DNA of 64,000 nucleotides, taken from positions 352,001-416,000 of the forward strand of contig OZ244991.1 of NCBI GenBank assembly GCA_965223335.1, given 5' to 3'. This stretch comes from Thermodesulfobacteriota bacterium (GTDB taxonomy: Bacteria > Desulfobacterota_D > UBA1144 > Nemesobacterales > UBA2774). This document shows positions 1 through 10,800 of the stretch, piece by piece. Positions within the stretch are counted from its first letter, which is position 1; the number at the start of each line of letters is the position of its first letter. The notes beneath the pieces were generated by a model. The model worked only from the letters and a program-made list of their open reading frames with translations. It was not told the DNA's origin and did not search any database. Position numbers and translations under genes: made by a program.

Positions 1-33
1 CACGTCTATCGAATTGAACGGAGGGCTCTTTGG

Positions 34-306
34 ATGAGTACACTGTCTAAGCTTATACTACTGGCTTTATTTATCGTATGCGGTTGCAGCTATGCAAAAA
101 GTGGTAAGGAGATCGGTATCGACTCACCGCTAAAAGAATCGAGAACCAAACAATCTCTGAGCAAGGCCCGCCAGGATGTTGAAGAATCCCGCAGGGACTA
201 TGATAAGTGTATGAGCCGATACTCCCAAGACGAAACAAAGTGTCAAACCGAAAAAAAGCGGTATGACGAAGACGTAGAGACCTACACATCACTCCAAGCA
301 AAGTAG
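34..306 (+). CDS. Small predicted lipoprotein, hypothetical
   Basis: Hydrophobic N-terminus ending in lipobox-like VCGC, then a charged helical body with a C-x10-C pair; GGAGGG upstream. Confidence 0.65.
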   Translation: MSTLSKLILLALFIVCGCSYAKSGKEIGIDSPLKESRTKQSLSKARQDVEESRRDYDKCMSRYSQDETKCQTEKKRYDEDVETYTSLQAK

Positions 307-371
307 ACCCACGAGAGACAATTCTAGATTTCGTTTATCTATGTAGAAATTTGGGTTAAAAGCCGTAAGGG

Positions 372-791
372 TTATCCGGCAAGTCCGGGAATAACACCCA
401 GTTGCTGGAGCAAAGTAAGCCTGTCCCAGTTAATCCACACCTCGACAATCTTACCCTCGGCAAACCTATATATTGATGTGCCGGTTACTGAGACCTGCCT
501 GTTGGTAGGGGGTATCCCCATAAACGTACCCTTATGCGTGAAACGAGTTATCCACCTTGTGGCAACCTTGTCATCCTCAGCTATCTGATCTTCGATGGTG
601 GTGTAATGGTCGGTAAACGAAGTAGAATACGACTTTACCAGCTCACGATACTCGTCTCGTGTAAACGAGTTCTGTCCGATATGCACCACACAGTCCTCAG
701 TACAGATCTCATCGGCAATAGCCAGGTTCTGCTTGTTCTGCATTTCGTTGATGTAAACATATGACATCACTTTATTTTCATCAACCGACAT
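372..791 (-). CDS. SnoaL-like ester cyclase (NTF2-fold) protein
   Basis: Motifs IEDQIAEDDKVATRW, THKGTFMGIPPTNRQV and YRFAEGKIVEVW...D...LLQQLG; GAGGAG RBS upstream. Confidence 0.9.
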   Translation of the reverse strand: MSVDENKVMSYVYINEMQNKQNLAIADEICTEDCVVHIGQNSFTRDEYRELVKSYSTSFTDHYTTIEDQIAEDDKVATRWITRFTHKGTFMGIPPTNRQVSVTGTSIYRFAEGKIVEVWINWDRLTLLQQLGVIPGLAG

Positions 792-990
792 CTAATTCTC
801 CTCTTGCATACACGCTCGGGGTTAGGTTATATAATAAAGTGTTTCACAGATTTTAATCTTGTCAACATAGATGATGTAATTCTAAAGCTTTTCAATGTAA
901 TAATCTGTACACATTGCATTATCCGAACATAGATTTATTTCAATTGGAGTCGGATAAACAGCCGAGCATAATTACTACCGGAGGAACCAA

Positions 991-1284
991 ATGGCCAAAT
1001 ACATAATGCTTAGCGTGCTAACAGACGAGGGCAGAAAAACCGTAAAAATGAGACCCGAAAGAATTAAAGAGGTAAACACAGAGCTTGAAAAAATGGGTGT
1101 TAAGGTGCTAACTCAGTACGCTGTGCTCGGTCCCTACGACTTTGTGAATATCGTGGAAGCCCCCGACAACGAGACCATTACCAGGGTATCTACAGAGCTT
1201 GGCTCCAGAGGCACATTACAACTTATGACGCTTGCTGCCATACCAGTGGACGAATTCGAAAAGAAACTCTCCGACCCCGAGTAA
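991..1284 (+). CDS. GYD domain protein
   Basis: 97 aa with TDEG and LGPYDFVNIVEAPD motifs typical of the GYD family; GGAGG RBS. Confidence 0.88.
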   Translation: MAKYIMLSVLTDEGRKTVKMRPERIKEVNTELEKMGVKVLTQYAVLGPYDFVNIVEAPDNETITRVSTELGSRGTLQLMTLAAIPVDEFEKKLSDPE

Positions 1285-1323
1285 ATGAACCTTTCCCACT
1301 TAACAAGTTTTGCTTGACGCCAT

Positions 1324-2862
1324 TTAGTAACGCATCTGAATGTCGAACAACAAGCTATAGTCCGCAATATCCTTTGCGGGCCCATGTACAGGGATTTGTA
1401 CCGCAACCCCGGGGCTGTACTTATTGCCGAACCTTATTCCCGGCGCTATATACAGGTCTGTCTTATCAAAGGTATCTGCTGTGGGAAACGTATAGCCGTC
1501 GAACTCAAAAAACACTGTAGGTGAAATCACTTCGATCGGCACACTAACGCCTACGGCAGAGGAATAATTCAATTTAAGCTCGAAATCATTGCTCTCCAGA
1601 TTCTTTGCGTTGAATATGAAGTCGGAACTCACACTGCCCTGAAGACTGAAAGCCCCCTTCCATAGTGCAGCGGATAGATAGGGAGAAGCACTAAAAGCCT
1701 GGTACAGGTAATCGGGAACATTCTTGCGGTATTTCACGACCTGCTGCAAACGGTCTTGGCTATCTGTAAATGACGTAGGGGTATAAAGATCTAAGCCCCC
1801 TGTAAAAAGAAAGTTTCTCGATTTTGCTAATATATGCTTGGCCCCTAACACTATGTTTCCGAGTTCATAACCGTCCCGTACCCTGATATCGCCGTCATCC
1901 ACATTGTTTATACCACCGTATGGTATACGCAGATAGAATGAAAATAACTGGCTTTTATCAGGGAACTCGATTCTGATCGGATAGAGAATAAACTCACCGT
2001 TTAAGCCCTCTTTAAGTACCTGTATCTCAAACTGTATCCCAATCCTGCCAAGCGGCATGGCAGGTTCGAAGAATAGCGGATATGCTAGGTCTATCCCCTT
2101 ACCCTTGCTCGGGCTTATTGTAAACGGGCCCTGGAACTCAAACGATCCCGACACAGGGTTTATGAGACCGAATTTTCTGTCCTTGGTGTAGATCCTAGAG
2201 GTATTGGCCAAATAAGCGGCAAACACAGCCAGTTGGTTATCCTGCTCTATAAGCCAGTCCGACAGTTTCTCGAAACCGTAGCCAAGCGGCACACCCACAA
2301 GTGGGGTAGAGATCAGGTCCTGGGCCGAGGGTCTAATCGCCGGGCCTTCAATTGCGTATTCGAAAAGCGTGCTTTGGATAGCAGAACCGAGCGCCGATGC
2401 CCAAAAACTATGCCCCCTTGCCCTGTAGTACTGATACGAGACCATCCCGAAAAACGGGTGGAGCACCCAGTTGGTAAACCACGCGTCACCGTCCTCCCAC
2501 ACAGGTCCATCGGTAATATTATCCCACCATTTTGAGAACGAGGAATCAAAAATCTTGACGTTTTTGTCCCTAACATAATAGAGCCTAACCGCCCATGAGG
2601 CACCGTAGTATATCGCGGTGTCCTTCATGTAGGCACCGAAACCCGGGGGTTTTAGGTCATCTATGTCCGGAGACTCAGCTTTGGGGACTTCCGATGCTTG
2701 ATTCTCGTCTACCGAATGCTGCTCGGGATCATAAAACACATACCTGTCCAAGGGATCGGCCGACACGTTGCCGGTATTACAAACTGTAAAGAGGATAAAA
2801 GCCGATAAGATGTATAAAGCTACTCTCAGCACCGATACTTTCTCCGCCGCAATTCGAAACAC
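1324..2862 (-). CDS. DUF3943-like domain plus C-terminal outer-membrane beta-barrel protein (paralog 1)
   Basis: Signal-peptide-like N-terminus; WEDGDAWFTNWVLHPFFG...STLFEYAIE...PSAQDLISTPLVG; amphipathic strands ending FDIQMRY. True start uncertain. Confidence 0.7.
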   Translation of the reverse strand: MFRIAAEKVSVLRVALYILSAFILFTVCNTGNVSADPLDRYVFYDPEQHSVDENQASEVPKAESPDIDDLKPPGFGAYMKDTAIYYGASWAVRLYYVRDKNVKIFDSSFSKWWDNITDGPVWEDGDAWFTNWVLHPFFGMVSYQYYRARGHSFWASALGSAIQSTLFEYAIEGPAIRPSAQDLISTPLVGVPLGYGFEKLSDWLIEQDNQLAVFAAYLANTSRIYTKDRKFGLINPVSGSFEFQGPFTISPSKGKGIDLAYPLFFEPAMPLGRIGIQFEIQVLKEGLNGEFILYPIRIEFPDKSQLFSFYLRIPYGGINNVDDGDIRVRDGYELGNIVLGAKHILAKSRNFLFTGGLDLYTPTSFTDSQDRLQQVVKYRKNVPDYLYQAFSASPYLSAALWKGAFSLQGSVSSDFIFNAKNLESNDFELKLNYSSAVGVSVPIEVISPTVFFEFDGYTFPTADTFDKTDLYIAPGIRFGNKYSPGVAVQIPVHGPAKDIADYSLLFDIQMRY

Positions 2863-3018
2863 AGTTTAGTTCTGAGGGATTTATTTAAGGTATCCTCCGA
2901 AATTACTACCTCCCCCCTCAAAACCAAATTCTAACCACAATTCGTCTAAAATGAAAGTTTAATAACTATAATTGTCTGTGTCTTTCATTGGTTATAAAGG
3001 CGGCATTAAACCCACTGG

Positions 3019-4530
3019 CTAAAACCTGAGCTGAAAATCAAATAGGTAGCTTATGCGAGCTACATCGGTTGAGGGACCCGACATTGGGAGCTGGACCGCA
3101 AATCCTGGGCTGTACTTTTTCCAGAGCCTAATACCGGATGTAAAGAAGTAATCGTTTTTCCCGAATGTGTCTGCAGTTAGCTGCGAATAACCGTTAAACT
3201 CGGCAAACAGAACAGGTGATGTAGGTATGGGGATATTGGCACCCACAGCAGCATGGTATTTAAGTCTAAACTCAAAGTTGTTGCCCTCTAGGTTCCTTGC
3301 GTTAAATACCCAGTCAGTCCCCACATTGGCCTGTAAGCTAAGGAAATTCTTCCACACAGCCCCCGACAGATAAGGGCTAAACGTAGTCGCACCCTTTAGG
3401 TGCAGGGGATAATTCCTCCTAAACAATATTACGGTCTGAAGCCTATCGATGTTGTCTTTATACGCAGTGGGTAATATCAGATCGGTCCCCGCAGTTAATA
3501 CAAAGTTACGCGACTTTGCAAGCATGTGCTTGCCACCGATCAGCAAGTTGGCAAACTCAAAACCGTCATTTATGACCTCTTCCCCTATAACCACACTGTT
3601 TACACCAGCCTGTTGAATCTGAACATATAGTCCCCAGAGAGTGTTCTTAGACGGCAGGTCGACACGTACAGAGTAAAAAATAAACTCACCATGATCTAGA
3701 GACCGCTTTAGGTTAACTACCTCAAGGTCTGCAGTTGCCCTCCCAATAGGGATTGGCTCTTCAAAGAACAGAGGATATGAGAGCATTATCGCCTCGGATT
3801 TATTGGGTGTGAAATCAATCGGGCCGCTTATCGACATAAAACTCTTGGCAAGCGGGTTATAAACCCCGAACTGCCTGTCCTTAATAAAGTTACGCATCGG
3901 GTTTACAATATGGCCCGCAATCTTTGCCGGCACAAAATCTGTCTCGACCAGCCAGTCAGAGGCCTCATAAAACACAAACCCCATAGGTGCACCTATGAGT
4001 GGTGTGAATATAAGGTCTTTCATCGACGGGGTCTCCACTATGCCCTCTACCGTGTACTCAAACAAAGTGCTCATTAGAACAGAGCCCAGAGCCGAAACCC
4101 ACTCGTCATGCCCGAGGGTCCGGTACCACAGGTAGTACTGTGCGCCTATAATTGGATGCACCACGAAATTTGTGAAAGTTGAGTCCCCATCATCCCATTC
4201 GGGCCACTTTGTAATATTGTCCCACCAATCAGATAACGATGTATTGAATATCCTGCTGTTTTTGTTCCTGACATAAAAGAACCTCACAGCCCATAACCCT
4301 AGATACCCAGCCCCTGTGTCGCGCAAAAATTCCTTTGTGCCGAGTGACTGCTTCGCAGCCTCCGAGAGTTCCGTATTATCGTTGCTATTATTTGTTAGCT
4401 CCGAGGCAAGCGAATACCGCGAATGCGAGTATTCCAGCAGATCATCCACCGTAATGTCATTGGCTGCAAATGCCACGCATTCCGATACCAATAGAAATAG
4501 TATTGCCAATATTAGAGAAATAGACCTCAC
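3019..4530 (-). CDS. DUF3943-like domain plus C-terminal outer-membrane beta-barrel protein (paralog 2)
   Basis: Collinear with the neighbouring paralog (WDDGDSTFTNFVVHPIIG, STLFEYTVE, PSMKDLIFTPLIG; ends FDFQLRF). The ORF track starts at 4602, but GTG at 4530 has an AGGAG RBS and opens a signal peptide. Confidence 0.7.
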   Translation of the reverse strand: MRSISLILAILFLLVSECVAFAANDITVDDLLEYSHSRYSLASELTNNSNDNTELSEAAKQSLGTKEFLRDTGAGYLGLWAVRFFYVRNKNSRIFNTSLSDWWDNITKWPEWDDGDSTFTNFVVHPIIGAQYYLWYRTLGHDEWVSALGSVLMSTLFEYTVEGIVETPSMKDLIFTPLIGAPMGFVFYEASDWLVETDFVPAKIAGHIVNPMRNFIKDRQFGVYNPLAKSFMSISGPIDFTPNKSEAIMLSYPLFFEEPIPIGRATADLEVVNLKRSLDHGEFIFYSVRVDLPSKNTLWGLYVQIQQAGVNSVVIGEEVINDGFEFANLLIGGKHMLAKSRNFVLTAGTDLILPTAYKDNIDRLQTVILFRRNYPLHLKGATTFSPYLSGAVWKNFLSLQANVGTDWVFNARNLEGNNFEFRLKYHAAVGANIPIPTSPVLFAEFNGYSQLTADTFGKNDYFFTSGIRLWKKYSPGFAVQLPMSGPSTDVARISYLFDFQLRF

Positions 4531-4624
4531 TCTACTCTCCTGCGTAAATAGAGATATATTATATAAACAATTTAGATCAAATTGGGGATGAAGGATACAC
4601 AAAAAGCATCTTATTTAAAGAGTA

Positions 4625-5782
4625 TTACTTAATACCAAGCAATCTCTTAGCCCTAGCTTCCCACGTATACCTCCTAGCATCCTCCCCTGCTTTCTTTCCT
4701 ACCTCCTCAGCTAACGTACTGTTGTTTATTGCCGATTCCACTCCCTCAGCAAATGCCTCGCTACTATCGGGTTCAACAACTATTGCGTTCTCCCCGTCGG
4801 TCAAGATCTCCAATACAGACGGGATCCCGGTAGCCACTATCGGGCGAGCTGCCGCCATATACTCAAATAACTTTATAGGGGACGTAAAATCCGTTGCCCT
4901 GGTCCCGTCTTTAATAGTCATCTGTGATGTGTAGGGCATTACAAGCACATCAGCTGCACTTAAATATGTCGGCACGTCCGCATGCGGCACAAAACCGATG
5001 AACCAAACATTATTAAGCCCCTTTGAGTCCACTAAGCGTGTGTACCTGTCGATGTCCGTATCCAGCCCCCCGACTATAACAAACAGTGCCTGGGGCAGTC
5101 GTGATGCAGTATCGATTATCAGCTCTATCCCCCTACCTGCGTAGATGTTGCCCGAGTAACACACAATTGTTTTGTCTTGGGGCAAGCCGACTCTATTCCT
5201 TGCATCGGTTTTAGGCGGCAGTTCGGTGTAGGCTTCGAGATCTACTCCGTTTGGAGCTACCATGAGTTTATCTTCGCTTAGTCCCTCATTCACATAAATT
5301 TGTCCAAGCCCCTTTGAGTTTGTGCTGAACCTCACGAGGTGCTCCGAGTCTTTAAACGCCCTAAACATAAAACTTGCCCCTTTAACCAGGGGATGATGAG
5401 CATCGTAAACTGTAGGTATGTTGAAATACATAGTTGATAAATATGTATAAACAATATTTCTTGTAATTACCAAATCAAATTTTTGCCTGTTCCTCTTAGT
5501 ATATATCGAGCATGTAATACCGTGGTATATATTCCTCAGTGATGCGTTATCGAAATAGCGGAACTTAACTATCTCAAAATCCTGCCCGACCCCATAGTAC
5601 TCGTAAATATCTATATCACTCTGCTTATACGGGATCAACAGTGTTACCTCAATCCCCATTCGGCTCATTGCACTGCACATTTTCATTATATGCACAGCAC
5701 TGGCCCCTTTGGTAAAAAGTGGGGGACTTCCAACATAAAACACTCTTTTAATCTGAGTCATCATAACAGGATTTTGTCTCAC
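4625..5782 (-). CDS. Glycosyltransferase family 4 (GT-B)
   Basis: PNGVD, YSGNIYAGRG and SPIKLFEYMAAARPIVAT...EIL motifs. Real start may be ATG 5764 or 5761. Confidence 0.92.
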   Translation of the reverse strand: MRQNPVMMTQIKRVFYVGSPPLFTKGASAVHIMKMCSAMSRMGIEVTLLIPYKQSDIDIYEYYGVGQDFEIVKFRYFDNASLRNIYHGITCSIYTKRNRQKFDLVITRNIVYTYLSTMYFNIPTVYDAHHPLVKGASFMFRAFKDSEHLVRFSTNSKGLGQIYVNEGLSEDKLMVAPNGVDLEAYTELPPKTDARNRVGLPQDKTIVCYSGNIYAGRGIELIIDTASRLPQALFVIVGGLDTDIDRYTRLVDSKGLNNVWFIGFVPHADVPTYLSAADVLVMPYTSQMTIKDGTRATDFTSPIKLFEYMAAARPIVATGIPSVLEILTDGENAIVVEPDSSEAFAEGVESAINNSTLAEEVGKKAGEDARRYTWEARAKRLLGIK

Positions 5783-5915
5783 ACCGACCAGCTACCATAA
5801 TATACTGCATTCGAAAAAATTAGTATTCGAAATATATTATTGGATAGTTATACATAGTAAAATAAATTCGCGCACTATATACTAATTGCACTAAATCAAG
5901 TGTCCGGATTTATCA

Positions 5916-7184
5916 ATGAAAATACGATCGATAAGAGGGTTCCACGATATCCTACCTGAAAGCACTGGGAAGTGGCGGAGGATAGAGGACATCGCCAGCT
6001 CTACATTTGAGCTATACGGCTATAATGAGATCCGTATCCCCGTGCTCGAGCACACAGAGCTCTTTGCAAGGAGCATCGGGGGCACGACCGATATAGTCGA
6101 GAAAGAGATGTACACGTTTGAGGACCGTGACGGCTCTTCGCTTACACTTCGCCCCGAGGGCACAGCCGGGGTCGTAAGGTCATATATCGAACACTCAATA
6201 TACGCTAAACAGCCGCTCTCAAAGCTATATTACTCGGGGATGATGTTTAGGCACGAGAGACCGCAAAAAGGCCGCTTCAGGGGGTTTTATCAAATCGGGG
6301 CAGAGCTATTGGGAACCGACGAGGCCGAGGCCGATGCAGAGATGATAGATATGCTCTGGGCTCTCTTTAAACGCATAGGGCTTGATAGCTCTATTAAAAT
6401 TGAGATCAACTCGATCGGCGACGAAAACTGCAGGCCAAAATATAAACAGTTGCTAGTGGACTATTTCCGCTCACAGATATCCGGTCTGTGCGAGGACTGT
6501 GTTAAACGACTCGATACCAATCCGCTCCGTATACTGGATTGCAAAAAACCCGGGTGCCGAGAGGTTGCCCAGGATGCACCTTCGATGCTCGACTCTCTAT
6601 GCAACGAGTGCAGCTCTCATTTCGGTACGTTAAAATCATCACTGGATCTGCTCAAGATCCCCTACAGCATTAATCCGAAAATTGTTCGGGGACTCGATTA
6701 CTACACAAAAACTGTCTTTGAGCTCACCACCGATAAGCTCGGGTCCCAAAACGCAGTCGCTGCCGGGGGCAGATATGACCTGTTGGTAGAGGAGATGGGA
6801 GGACCCCCCACACCAGCAGTAGGGTTTGCAATGGGCATAGAGCGGCTGGTTTTGCTCCACGATACCGTCACCGCCGGTGACCCCGTTCAAGGGATTCAGG
6901 TGTTTATTGCCCACCATGGACCGAGCGCGAAACTAAAAGCCCTCGAACTGGCTAATAAGCTTAGGACCGAGGGTGTATCCACCGATATTGACTACGAAAG
7001 CAAGAGCCTAAAGAGCCAATTGAAAAGGGCCAACAAACTCAACGCAGATTTTTGTTTCATATTGGGCGAGGACGAGATAACAAACTCAACAGTCACGGTA
7101 AGGGATATGAAAAACAGCGAGGAGGAACAAATAGGACTCGAAGAAGTTCTGGAAAATCTTTCGCGTTATAGGTCTGGTGGATAA
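5916..7184 (+). CDS. hisS: Histidine--tRNA ligase
   Basis: LRPEGTA, FRHERPQKGRFR, VRGLDYYT, GGRYD and GFAMGIERL motifs plus anticodon-binding domain. Confidence 0.98.
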   Translation: MKIRSIRGFHDILPESTGKWRRIEDIASSTFELYGYNEIRIPVLEHTELFARSIGGTTDIVEKEMYTFEDRDGSSLTLRPEGTAGVVRSYIEHSIYAKQPLSKLYYSGMMFRHERPQKGRFRGFYQIGAELLGTDEAEADAEMIDMLWALFKRIGLDSSIKIEINSIGDENCRPKYKQLLVDYFRSQISGLCEDCVKRLDTNPLRILDCKKPGCREVAQDAPSMLDSLCNECSSHFGTLKSSLDLLKIPYSINPKIVRGLDYYTKTVFELTTDKLGSQNAVAAGGRYDLLVEEMGGPPTPAVGFAMGIERLVLLHDTVTAGDPVQGIQVFIAHHGPSAKLKALELANKLRTEGVSTDIDYESKSLKSQLKRANKLNADFCFILGEDEITNSTVTVRDMKNSEEEQIGLEEVLENLSRYRSGG

Positions 7185-7197
7185 TCACTCGGGCGCA

Positions 7198-7716
7198 CTA
7201 TTTGGGCTTGTTCACAACCTTATAGTCCTCAATGAACAGGTCAACAAGCTCGCCCAAGGCCTTGCCCACACACTCGTTTAAAACCTCGGGGCTACAGGAA
7301 AACAGCTTGCCCACACTCCACGTAGAGCCCGTGGTGGATATACTCTCGCCCAGTTTTGTCCCCATTATTACTATGGCCCGGTTAAGGTCTATATCTATGT
7401 ACACAGCGTAGTAATTCTCAGACTCCGATTTACTCGCAATCACCTTTATGTACAGGTAAGAACCCCCAAATACATTAAACCACTTCCTCTCCTCGAGCAC
7501 ATTAATATCGGCGTCGCGCAGTCTGTTTTCGACAAATTGCCTTAGCCCCTCTTTGCTAAGCCCGTCTGCAGAGGCTGAGTCAGAGATCTCTTCCAGTATC
7601 ACCGCGGTTCCCGTAACCCCCCTAAGCGTAGCACTGCTCGGGAGTGGGTATGCCAGCTTCGCACACAGACCAAAAACAAACAAGCTCATCAGTAGCATTG
7701 AGAACAGTTTTATCAT
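7198..7716 (-). CDS. Hypothetical exported protein
   Basis: 172-aa ORF with signal-peptide-like N-terminus filling the gap between hisS and the giant TPR gene. Confidence 0.7.
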   Translation of the reverse strand: MIKLFSMLLMSLFVFGLCAKLAYPLPSSATLRGVTGTAVILEEISDSASADGLSKEGLRQFVENRLRDADINVLEERKWFNVFGGSYLYIKVIASKSESENYYAVYIDIDLNRAIVIMGTKLGESISTTGSTWSVGKLFSCSPEVLNECVGKALGELVDLFIEDYKVVNKPK

Positions 7717-7853
7717 AGCTAGAGTTCTCCGAATATGTATTCAATATGCCTTATATATCCCATAATATAAACGGCAAATTGTCTTATATGAGAATTTTTA
7801 TATTTATTAGCTCGACTTTTTTGGGGAAGGAGGGTTATGGAGCTTACTCAATG

Positions 7854-10800
7854 TTACTTCTTTCGCGAGAAATCATGGAGTAGGTTTAGGTTTGTGGTTA
7901 CGAGGTCGTGTACATCGGGAAAATCCTTTTTCGTAAAAACCTTAAGCGCCTCGTTATAAGCCTCGATCGCTTTTTCGCAATTCCCAGCCTTGTTTTGAAT
8001 CTCTGCAAGTGTGGTATATGCCCCACCTATGTTGTTTTGGGTAGTCGCGTACTGCATGGGGTATTGCTCTATTGTGTAGATAATAAGTGCTGTTTCGTAG
8101 GCCTTAATCGCTTTTTTACAGTTCCTAGCCTTATCCTCCGATTCGGCCAAGGTCCTATAAACCACACCTAAGTTGTTCTGTGTACCCGCAAATTGAATCG
8201 GAAACTGTTGAATGGAGCGCACCTTGAGTGCTTCCTCGTATGATTTTATGGCCTTTTTGCAGTTTGCAGTCTTCTCCTCTACATCGGCAAGGGTCCTAAA
8301 TGCTGTGCCCAGGTTGTTTTGTGTCGAGCCGTACTGTACCGGGTATTCATCCTTGTTATACACCCTAAGTGATTCGTTATAGGCTTTTATAGCCCTTTTA
8401 CAGTTCTTGCCCTTATCCAGGGCTTCGGCAAGGGTCCTGTAAATGACCCCAATGTTGTTCTGCGTGGCAGCATACTCAACCGGGTATTCGTTTACGGTGT
8501 AGAATTTGAGTGTTTGTTCATAAGCCTTTATGGACCTCTTGCAATTGTTCTCGGTATCCTCATACTCAGCAAGGCTCTTATAGAGTGCTCCAAGGTAATC
8601 CTGAATAGTAGCATACTCGTCTGGGTAACTCTGGAGGCTGTAATAATTTGTGCATAACTCATATGCCTCACACGCTTTTTTACAGTTTGCTATTCGGTCC
8701 TCCCATTCTGCAAGCGCCCTGTATATATGGCCTATGTTCCTGTTAATAAGCCCGTAGTCTGCGAGCGAGGTCTCGGGGGTATAGACCTTCAATGCGTCTG
8801 TGTACTCAGAGATGGCATTATGATAGTTCTCTTTTACCTGCTCGCCGTTCTCGGCAAGTTTACCGTATGCTATTCCGGTATATTTTTTTATCTCTCCATA
8901 CTCCAGCGGGTTCGTGCTTCTTTTATAAATTTTAAGCGACTCACGATACGCATTCGTGGCCCTGATATAGTTGGCAATCTCTCCCTCGACTTCTGCAATA
9001 ATGCTCGAGGCAAGCCCCACATTCTTTTGCACGGCACCGTATTCTGCGGGGAATTTATCAGGATCGAAAACTTGGAGCGTCAGCATATAAGAGGTCACAG
9101 CCTCTTTATAATGTGTGATCTCTCCCTCAATCTCAGCAAGTGTGATTAAGATGTCGCCAATATTTTTTTGAATTACACCGAACACAAACGGCGATTTGCC
9201 GACTGAGTAAATCTTTAGCGATTCGGTGTAGCAATCGATCGCCTTTCTCATTTTCTTAATGTCGCTATCGGTCTTGGAATACATATGATACGTATAGCCC
9301 AGGTTACGATATACCAACCCGTACTGTGTAGGGTAGTCGGCTCTATTATAGACCTTTAACGACTCCTCATAGGATTTGATCGATTTCCTAAAAGCATTGG
9401 GTTTGGCCCCTTCCTCTGCGATCTTTCGGTATGAATTTGCAATCTTATAATGTGCGTCTGCAAATTCTTCGGGCGAGGTCTCAACATCGAGTGATTTGAG
9501 CGCATTTTCGTGGAACTGAATAGCTTCTTTGGGATCCGCAAACTCCTCTGACTCCGCTTGATCGGGCATCTCGGCACTATCGCGCACAGCCTGTTCGGTT
9601 GTTTTCTCTACTGTAATGGTCTTTGTGTCTGAAGCAGCTTTTTTCCTCCTCCGCTCTTTTACCTCTTTTAATTCCACAACTTCTGCAATCTCTTCTTTTT
9701 TTGTTTCCGTTTCTTTTTTGTCGGGTGAAGGGATTTTTGCGGCACGTAAAGATGCTACGGCTTCTTTGGCTTTGTTGTAGACCGACTCGGCATCGTTGTG
9801 CAAATCAGGGCTGTCCTTTTTGTTATAAACCAATAGCGCCTGCCGAGAGGCCTTGAGTACATTGTTGTAGAGTGTCGGGCTTTGATCGAGTTCGGCTAAT
9901 TGAAGGTAGAGGTTTGAGAGTTTGTACTGCACAAATCCATAATCTTCAGGTGAGTTATCTAATGTATAGAATTCCAGTGCTTGCTCGTAGGAACTGATGG
10001 CTTTTTGAATATTATTTTTGGAACTCTCTGTTTTCAGGAGCTCAGTATAGGCAGTGCCTAGGTTCTTATGGGCACACGCAAACTCCTCTGGGCTATCCTC
10101 GAGGTTATATCTCTCGGCGGCTTTCTCATAGAATACTATATCATTGCCTTCCTCAGACAACACATTTTCCAAGACAATAGGTTCTTCCTCATTCTTGACT
10201 TCTTCTGCACGTAACTGCTCGAGGACCTCGTTTGAGTTCGTTATCCACTCGCGAACTTTTGCCAGTGTATCCTTGTCGGTAATTACTTTTTCCGCTTCCT
10301 CAAATGCATCGAGAGCCTTGGTGTGGTTCTCCTCCTTTTTATCCTCATCCGTGATTGAGCAGAGTGCTATCCCCAGCATAAGTTTTGTCAGTGCATACTC
10401 TTGTTCATCCTTTTGGTCCTTATAGTGCTTGAGTGCCGAGTTATAGTACTCAACGGCCTCATTGTACTTGGAGTGATCTTTATCGCTTGAGGCCTGTGCG
10501 CTGTAGGCATCGCCAAGGCGCTTTGAGATCGATGCGAACCTAAGCGGCATAACTTTTGGGTCTAGTAGTTCCAGTGTTTCTTTTAAAATAGCGAGCTCTT
10601 TATCCGGGTCTTTATGGGCCGTTTCAGAGATTAATACGAATCTTTCTATGATTTGATCATAAAGCTCAGGGGCATGTTTCTCTAGATTGTGGGTGTTGTA
10701 AGCACCAAGTGCATCACGCACATGGCCAAGAGCTGCCTCGTTATCGTTTGAGTCCTGCGAGCTTTCGGAAAGTCCTAAATAAGCCACTGTGAGCTTTTTA

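Noticed and set aside
7900..8740. Regularly spaced repeats as a CRISPR array or DGR target
   Set aside because: The 141-nt period is in-frame, degenerate at third codon positions and encodes TPR units. There are no identical repeats with unique spacers, no cas genes and no reverse transcriptase in the window.
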